From positions 18,032 through 82,031 of the IMG/VR virus record IMGVR_UViG_3300020455_000892: 64,000 nucleotides of DNA. One strand, 5' to 3'. How positions within the stretch are numbered: the stretch's first letter is position 1; each line of letters starts with the position of its first letter. Both the position numbers and the translations under genes were made by a program. Source of the DNA: a virus. The notes beneath the pieces were generated by a model. That model ran no database searches and was not told where the DNA came from. It saw nothing but the letters and a program-made list of their open reading frames with translations. Below are positions 59,601 through 64,000 of this stretch, one piece after another.

Positions 59601-62600
59601 TATGAATGGACAGCAAGTCCTGTGCTTCCAGAACAATGGGTTGACTTAGTTTCTAAAAAAGTTCAAGTAGATGGTAACGAAGCAAGTGGCGAAGTTTACG
59701 GCAATGTAATAAATGGTCAAACTGTATATAACTGGACAGAAGAAAACTATTATAACGATAAACGAAAACAAACTGAGACAGTTTATTACTTCTGGGTAAA
59801 AAATAAAACTTCTAGTGTAAGAAAGAGTAATTATAATATACTTCAAGTAGCTCAAATAATAACCAATCCTGCTAATTTTAATCTTGCATGGGCGGCTCAA
59901 ACAGGAAATGATACTATATTGCTAGCAAACATTAGACCATTTGTATCAGAAAGCACAGTAGCACAAGTAAATCTAAAAGTTACAAGTAATGCTAGTTCAA
60001 TGCAAGAGTGGTTAATGTTAGCTGAAGGTGATCCTAATTGTACTGTACCAGAATACTTGCATATTAAGATGCGTGATAGTTTAGCTGGATTCAACAGGTA
60101 CAGCGTAGATTTCCCATTTGGAGATTGGTCAAGTTCATCAGTATATGTAAAAGATGCAGTAGTAAGAGAAAACAATGAGTTTTATATTAGTTTGGTTGAT
60201 AACAATGTTAATCAACAACCTAATTTAGATACAAATATGAGTCATTGGAGTAGAGTATATGACTTTAATTTTGTTGAAAGCACACAAAGTGATGATATTA
60301 GTATATGGAGAGGACAGCCTGTACCAGATTTAAAACTGCACAAGTATAACAGATACGGACATCAAATACGTCCAAGACAAAGTTTGTTTAGAAATTTAAA
60401 AGATGCTAGACAAAACTTTGTTCATAGTGTAAACTCATTGTTAAGTGAAGTAAATGTTATTGACGAAATTAATAATTGGGAAAATGCATTTAGTACAACG
60501 TTTGTTGAAGGTACAGTAACTTACAGAGTAAAAGATTATGTTAATTTAATAGATTGGCATCTTGTAGAAAAAGATAATGACGGGAATGTTACATATAGGT
60601 TCAATCCAAATATAGTAGCTGACTTAGTTTACGATACATTTGACGATTACTTAAATGCAGGAGAGCCTGAGTCAGATGGCAGTTATGTGTTAATTAAGTC
60701 TTCATCTCCTGGAGCAGATATTGATAGAAGTGAAATGTACCACTTTACAGGAGGCACAGATAAACTGGTTTTCAAAGAAAAAGCAACAGTACAAATCAGT
60801 GAGGAAATGTGGAATCAAGCAAAGTTTGGACATGGGTTTGATACAATTGGTTTTGATGTAACTCCTTTTGATAGTTGTAGTGATAATGTTATTGGTAAAC
60901 TTATGGATCTACTTAGAACAGAAATATTCATAGGCAGACATCATGTTATGTACAATAAAATGTGGTTTAAACTATTATACAATGCAATACTACAAAACAC
61001 AGCAAGTGATTTTGCATTCAAAACAACTTATACACACTTAGGAGTAAAGAGACCATTGCTTACTGAAAAGCAAAATTATCAAGAATACAATATACAAACT
61101 GTTGAAGATTTTGTTAAAGATATTAAACCATTCCATACAAAACTTCTAAGCAGTATGGAAAGCAATACCTTTGGTGAATCAACTAACATAGAGATAGACG
61201 AAGAACCTAGAACTGGCGTTATTACTTTGAAGTATGAAGATCACAGCACCAGAGATTGGGCATGTGATGTAGTATTAACTGGAGGTCAATTTGGTGTACC
61301 TCACAATACAAACTTAGATGAATCTCAATTCACAACTGCACAATCTAGTTTTACTGATATCTACAACGGCAATGTGTTTATACAACCTGTTTGTGAAGGT
61401 TGGGGCGAAGAACTTGTTCCTACAGACTTCACAGAGAATATCAACATGCTAGTACAAACAAACGCAAGCGGTTCTGTTACAGTTACAGCAGGTGCAACTT
61501 ACAGTGTAAATTCTGAGGAAACTGGTCCTAGAGGAATTACATTTAACAACGATGGAACAAAAATGTTTGTTTGTGGTACAACTGGAGATGATGTGAATGA
61601 ATATACTCTTTCAGTTGGATTTGATTTAACTTCTACAGTAACCTTTATAGACAGTTATGCAGTTACTGAATGTCCAAATCCAACCGCAGTAAAATTTAAT
61701 GCTAACGGTACACAAATGTATGTTACTGGTGTAGGCAATAGTAATGTTCATGAGTATGCATTAACAACTGGCTTTGATGTTTCAACAGCAAGTTTCACAC
61801 AAACACTTGTTACAACTGTAGACAGTGATAACTTTGGACTTGACTTTAAAGATGATGGTACTAAAATGTATATCACCGGAGATCAAACTAACAAGATTCA
61901 TGAATACAATTTATCCAGTGCATTTGATATTTCAACAGCAACATTTAACCAAGATTTAAGTGTAACTGCTACAGACATAGAACCATTTGGTATAGAGTGG
62001 AGTCCCGACGGTCAAAGATTGTTTATAGTAGGAACACGTGGTAATGGTGTAGATGAATTTAAAGTACCTACACCTTGGGATATTTCAACAGCAACGCATG
62101 TAGGATTTTATTTTATAGGTGGTAATCCTTCCGGCATACATTTTAGTCCAGATGGATTAAACATGTTTATTACTGGAAATACAAGTGACCTAGTTAAATC
62201 ATATGCATTATCCGATCCTTACAGATTAATATTACTAGACGGAACTTCTGCTACAGCAGACAGTAGATCATTTAGAATGATGCAATACCAACCAATGGAT
62301 ATTCAAATAAGCAATGTTATTGTAGATACACAAAAAACAACACTAACTGCGAATATAACTGAGTTTGATACAACAATACCAGTTACAGACGCTACTGTAT
62401 TAGATGATCCTAATACAATTTCAGCAGTGCCTGGAGTAATTTATATTGGAAATGAAAGAATAGAATACCAAGCTATAGAACAAAATAACTTGTTGTTCTG
62501 TACAAGAGGTACATTAGGTACAAGTATTAAAGCACATACAAGCGGTGATACAGTTATTAACAATGGTCCAACAACTAAGATTCCAACAGTAGATAAGTTC

Positions 62601-62717
62601 TCACATTATGGTGACGGACTACGCCTAGCATACAATGATAGTGGCATAAGTTTAACTGCCGCTGGAACTACGCCCGAACATGCTTTCATTAGAAATGCAG
62701 GCAAAGGAACGATATAA
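50652..62717 (+). CDS. Giant virion/baseplate protein, 4021 aa (gp7-like position)
   Basis: Follows gp6; starts with ELLPDILKTTVNKQF and has DFVKDIKPFHTKL near the end; internal repeats and a beta-propeller-like region. Confidence 0.7.
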   Translation: MSERKPNPSLAPNIQRPGESLEKTGTKRVTELLPDILKTTVNKQFFDSTFEQLLASGSLESIKHFVGETTGDDVRDAVPAITDNYLLDNRSNDPYQFQPGMVNKNEDNSISHALAYDDLLRSFDYNEVDTNNHHKFLAEVGYTLDLPINYDMFINYHRYYWVLDVMPPCELQYTTGFDMDTINGETSYTTPVMKNGKTLTLENGMRIKLAPHTVDRFTQTNSANTTFTATVQNGVQDSLRVYKNNSKQDITTDYTYNATTGVVTFTTAPAVNEEIEIHTYYSYSTSGTYENDAILIVDGVGDPNGIVLTTQFSPGQYEGKQGKRVWCNITTYSAQEPSGFDEDQYSFDFRKFDLREHRMTTRDYTCEQRQSPDQSAWSRSNLWVHEETIKNALIYQGVTDDVYTLDRYRAVRPIIEYKANLEKFNFGKKHVVNVDHALESAIDPATVIVGQTSFNVFPIGFNTEWTARGYDFGEKVKVTSGSSPNFVITYWECVKAHGEERKPTHGEHLEFWEQVTPVELENNDLIIFFNTTNSAYTNKIFTVTGVGVSIALTETYNFDGSNSATQLTAGEKILILNGHNVTDKVLAGESISNREAPLSGSEIYFDGTTWIQSQQKEHRSQGMKVQLYDVDLIKLDSATQYPDSDFNGSTIFDFVHSTTSSYDDALGFNAEYVDYGNTPGLNFDAQLLSKKSTYVQKSSDGSKNQIKNIIGQYYYKDFVNDRYYNGWTADRFGQVVKKRIRKVITDPSKPLLVDVGHSKTISDRYYNIFQESSTLAVSTQPTANVSDGRVTRVGGKLPTLFFFNDNTYTISTHFPQAEIEFVNMDGSPVGGGILRTAGSGNTFTIVITTPTVNSIKYRLVSDPAKFGVIFFTENANETNVEVRKNGKAFTNFTHTNNIVTISSGLVLDDIYEFVFKSDANYSATGEGNFEVASTQLSNPLNQNFEKVSYGDLIRHLTSQMKSNPLFTGNLHGTNNYRNIVQTHDTGGLIKQQPFSTELANQLLVDNNTNPYSALQFTNANYNEFINKFKNKITQLHNSTEINVPVYQLVDKTLEALNIGKNSSNAFATSQMAMYRDYKSFDGSWVLNQTPTFDLPEEVNIYDDTFNHVQVWIQIPDSNGEHIWRGLVKDVDYTMDDYSVTVTLSGITFPGSGKNNIHIRWYKRGSVSFVPYSAVKLGMIKPFVPELRTDYSKDSTGTATDSVIIGHDGNVHVRNGTELYARTVVGFDPVDAGLWDLELRIYNNLNSNLDNVVNQSTWTPNAHRPAVYTWSEVNNTIRSEFNKYKSANNIVALNSTTYFDGSDKFTWNYSTVSPNIGGWRGIYHYFFRTDRPHTHPWEMLGFNKKPTWWDANYSWTDAPKRTALLLALEFGKTSNPSSSDTYDVDYSYKNYDWQNNTLVTLLGALNDPITAGVCSTPTLTDRQKDFEFGDWGPVEAEWRRTSQGKIANIISFMRTRPLIALNNYFRTQRRVVKNLAGYDIPYIMDIAYKGLNSWADMALTGSSNIGKIIESVNIINPGSGYTSSPNVIVTDNFGSGGSVVVKVENGSVVGAKVNFQGVQYYNRPQLDVSTGNAVLDPILADDTKTYFDGLANAIIEFGNTYGTDADALAKRFYNISFRPIIKAGGFVSRNQQFILESSQDKGRVFVPEENIDTILYTNKPSQEYFFGGIKVNKTANGYTIDGYDNSLAYFNYYKPRTSTPGITVTFEGVTTVQVLRYNEYENILSQLDYNTELTSIQEVYNFINGYGHYLNTLGFNQQWRSSASNFVTWAVGSSTVQLPLIPDSSKVTVNDGQDGYFDNIDKKYDGVYNIIDANGNQIRAYDVLIDRKSMEPDSETVFQVKDEEATQIYGIRLYKVQLEHIFIFDNITNFDDAIHDPTIFLAHKRIIWRGSRTKNWNGKLYSPGYIVNENSILPNFDTTAREVDQYYGRTKTLGNKQISDIARFNAGYNRPEWSHKLDLDDDAVYEFVKGSYKYRGTDHALSAFMRNNSLFDGNATAELLENWAIRTADFGDTRKRETLEFQITPDLLTTSPQPVRFTDGLKHDVLSDIVIDIDSISPLKVYDSGTTFNTRPVNNYKSTSDELFDSDLNKAGLPLLLESDYRVINKEDFTQFPTEVKPAYDHSGDWQDIGQWDSTVSYKFNEKVLYTGRSWAMLDEDGSSGFSTANDPIDVLGSNQLPVIPSAGQTLIIDGNTITLSKTATSQTRNTITVTGSNNISSSNVVTHGSTVIFGESSTNNTTITFSNSVITTTFNDITKTGSVINPSFTGSNSSTLIIDGTTITFNDTTSSSSNITAQTAYENAFNASWTQNQSSIASTATTRISRIEGLRAAYIASNSAAAWTTWITTYYANNAGLNISQLITEIGLAGSTQTAAQFLLDQDLIIINNIQGTNYIGTNVANGTETVAPADITNSQAALNNGSFTANIANYLKSASNASTTFTINTIVTTQSSSNFKVYQLSDIIQEINDASISNVTASADTSSKLKITKTTNDNTTSFSLSISVGSLNNTVGFNSATETINSTSSSTQSTPNLTIQQVLDQINGAGVSGVSAQLGTNNNTVLQINATLPNLFIGSGTANSVIGLPTGLVPATVTTATSSIGLNITDIVERINSAAISGVTAVNQSNKVKLTSTNSTLVIGSGTANSTIGLIAQTYSATQSQVSAVFNALVDANGVPVFKEQSNDPNIFNIWVADDSEFGNYNLGYQVYQTMDFGMYTYDICAGVVSADEAQIKVRRQTGDTQAHNLSIGDYILVRGSDSVPNIDGIHRVTRIDNDPAIFYIDEFIETNGHVGNIYPLRKMRFKSYADLEANRQDKVNDIFKYNFADIRQNNTSNPIYAFVDDDGTGTSAVYSWLGTWSENNGHVGSWNKVRSGIKQARNDLIENIKLYNADTQTTITNLEIFDPAKGILFGFVDNEIDFKITNDIANYNYNNIDGEVINVEAWGRQHIGKRWWNTSTSVYLDYEQGSIDYQQNNWGRLADGASVDIYEWTASPVLPEQWVDLVSKKVQVDGNEASGEVYGNVINGQTVYNWTEENYYNDKRKQTETVYYFWVKNKTSSVRKSNYNILQVAQIITNPANFNLAWAAQTGNDTILLANIRPFVSESTVAQVNLKVTSNASSMQEWLMLAEGDPNCTVPEYLHIKMRDSLAGFNRYSVDFPFGDWSSSSVYVKDAVVRENNEFYISLVDNNVNQQPNLDTNMSHWSRVYDFNFVESTQSDDISIWRGQPVPDLKLHKYNRYGHQIRPRQSLFRNLKDARQNFVHSVNSLLSEVNVIDEINNWENAFSTTFVEGTVTYRVKDYVNLIDWHLVEKDNDGNVTYRFNPNIVADLVYDTFDDYLNAGEPESDGSYVLIKSSSPGADIDRSEMYHFTGGTDKLVFKEKATVQISEEMWNQAKFGHGFDTIGFDVTPFDSCSDNVIGKLMDLLRTEIFIGRHHVMYNKMWFKLLYNAILQNTASDFAFKTTYTHLGVKRPLLTEKQNYQEYNIQTVEDFVKDIKPFHTKLLSSMESNTFGESTNIEIDEEPRTGVITLKYEDHSTRDWACDVVLTGGQFGVPHNTNLDESQFTTAQSSFTDIYNGNVFIQPVCEGWGEELVPTDFTENINMLVQTNASGSVTVTAGATYSVNSEETGPRGITFNNDGTKMFVCGTTGDDVNEYTLSVGFDLTSTVTFIDSYAVTECPNPTAVKFNANGTQMYVTGVGNSNVHEYALTTGFDVSTASFTQTLVTTVDSDNFGLDFKDDGTKMYITGDQTNKIHEYNLSSAFDISTATFNQDLSVTATDIEPFGIEWSPDGQRLFIVGTRGNGVDEFKVPTPWDISTATHVGFYFIGGNPSGIHFSPDGLNMFITGNTSDLVKSYALSDPYRLILLDGTSATADSRSFRMMQYQPMDIQISNVIVDTQKTTLTANITEFDTTIPVTDATVLDDPNTISAVPGVIYIGNERIEYQAIEQNNLLFCTRGTLGTSIKAHTSGDTVINNGPTTKIPTVDKFSHYGDGLRLAYNDSGISLTAAGTTPEHAFIRNAGKGTI

Positions 62718-62720
62718 ATA
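62713..62720 (+). promoter_or_regulatory. T4-type late promoter
   Basis: TATAAATA overlapping the stop codon of the giant gene. Confidence 0.75.
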
Positions 62721-62726
62721 CATTAA

Positions 62727-63341
62727 ATGGAAAGAGCTATGAGTTTAGACAAGATAAATGATACATCACTAATAGGCATTGAGGGACATATTAAGATATG
62801 GGATCCAGAGTCTGGTGAAATTCTAGTCAAAAGAAGAAACGCTATTAATTATGAAAACATGAGTATTGCTCTTGCAAGTTTACTTGCAAACGAAGCTGGC
62901 AACACAGGTTCACATCAGATAGCTACAATGAGATTTGGAAACGGTGGTACAACTATAGACGGACTAGGAAATGTTACATATAAAGCAACCAACACTAACA
63001 GTTCAAGTGGAGCATTATATAATCAAACATTTAGTCAAGCAGTAGATGAAGCCGTAAGTGGAAGTGCATTAAACGGCACAGAAATTAGTCATACTGCACC
63101 AAATACGTTTACAGATGTTATAACAACATGCACATTAGATTATGGAAGTGTTAGTGGACAAGATAGCACAGATACAGCCACTAGCATGGATGGAACATAT
63201 GTATTTGACGAGCTGGCAATATACAGTGGCAACAACGATTTGTTGACACATGTAGTCTTTCACCCAGTACAAAAAAGTGAAAACAGAAAAATACAAGTAA
63301 TTTATACATTAAGAATTAGGTCAAGTTTCGCAGACTTGTAA
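62727..63341 (+). CDS. Putative baseplate/virion structural protein
   Basis: IEGHIKIWD...KRRNAINYEN...FDELAIY...LLTHVVFHPVQKSENRKIQVIYTLRI; start may instead be 62739. Confidence 0.65.
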   Translation: MERAMSLDKINDTSLIGIEGHIKIWDPESGEILVKRRNAINYENMSIALASLLANEAGNTGSHQIATMRFGNGGTTIDGLGNVTYKATNTNSSSGALYNQTFSQAVDEAVSGSALNGTEISHTAPNTFTDVITTCTLDYGSVSGQDSTDTATSMDGTYVFDELAIYSGNNDLLTHVVFHPVQKSENRKIQVIYTLRIRSSFADL

Positions 63342-63352
63342 GGAATAAGAAT

Positions 63353-64000
63353 ATGCCATATACAATAGATTATAGTCAAAGTAGTAAAACAGCAATAGTT
63401 GTAAATGACGGTACAATAGATACCAGTACAAGTATCGGACTTATAGGTAAAAACTACACACGTTTTGGTGAAACACTAAACGAAAACATGTTGCATCTAT
63501 TAGAAAATTTTGCTAATACTAGTGCTCCAACAAATCCAACTGAAGGTATGTTGTGGTATGACACAGCAAACAGCCAACTTAAAATATACGATAACGGTGT
63601 TTGGAGTGTAATTTTAAGTGGTGCTGGTACAACAAAAATTGAATTTAGAAACAGAAAAGACACTGGCGGTAACTACCACAAAACAATAGAAATGATAGTT
63701 GATGCAAACATTGTTACAATTACAGTAGATGATACAGTAGCTTGGACACCTCATGCAGATGAAAAACTAGAGGATGGTGTAACGGCATTAAGCACACAAT
63801 TTCCAAGTATAGCGGCTGGTGTAAACATGAACAATACTACAAATTATAAATTTAGAGGTTTGGCAACTAGTGCAGAATATGCCGACCTTGCTGAAAGATA
63901 TGAAGCAGATGCAGAATACGAAGAAGGTACAGTGGTAAGACTAGGCGGAACACACGAAATTACACAAACAATGCAAGCACATGACAGTGATGTGTTTGGT
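63353..64000 (+). CDS. Virion structural/fibre protein, truncated by the window edge (not in ORF track)
   Basis: MPYTIDYS...LIGKNYTRFGETLNENMLHLLENFA...PTEGMLWYD...ADLAERYEADAEYEEGTVV; the last motif resembles autoproteolytic chaperone domains; AAGGA SD. Confidence 0.75.
   Translation, partial: MPYTIDYSQSSKTAIVVNDGTIDTSTSIGLIGKNYTRFGETLNENMLHLLENFANTSAPTNPTEGMLWYDTANSQLKIYDNGVWSVILSGAGTTKIEFRNRKDTGGNYHKTIEMIVDANIVTITVDDTVAWTPHADEKLEDGVTALSTQFPSIAAGVNMNNTTNYKFRGLATSAEYADLAERYEADAEYEEGTVVRLGGTHEITQTMQAHDSDVFG

Noticed and set aside
1-64000. CRISPR array, tRNA genes or alternative genetic code
   Set aside because: No regularly spaced repeats or cloverleafs were seen in the few intergenic gaps. 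Genes are full length under the standard code, with TAA, TAG and TGA all used as stops.

Overview
This is a 64-kb segment of a large, AT-rich T4-like myophage genome. The style of the fibre genes suggests a marine or aquatic phage, but the host cannot be determined from the sequence. Positions 1-25.2 kb (minus strand) hold an array of about 12 modular fibre/virion proteins alternating with small partner genes, plus a heme oxygenase and a subtilase. Positions 25.3-33.0 kb (minus) hold the head module (gp23, gp22, gp21, core protein, portal gp20) and a probable tape measure gene. At 33.0-34.1 kb (plus) is a gp26-like tail chaperone with an apparent -1 frameshift extension that the ORF track misses. 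At 34.1-34.5 kb is a ~390-nt, heavily structured non-coding element directly downstream of a minimal GIY-YIG nuclease that has its own sigma70 promoter. Positions 35-40 kb (minus) encode a phosphomannomutase-like HAD enzyme, gp46, gp47 and the late sigma factor gp55. Positions 40.1-64 kb (plus) form a baseplate operon that includes a 4021-aa protein. The best novelty candidates are the GIY-YIG plus structured RNA unit, the frameshifted chaperone, and the fibre/cognate-partner array. All assignments come from motif recognition by eye; no database searches or folding programs were run.
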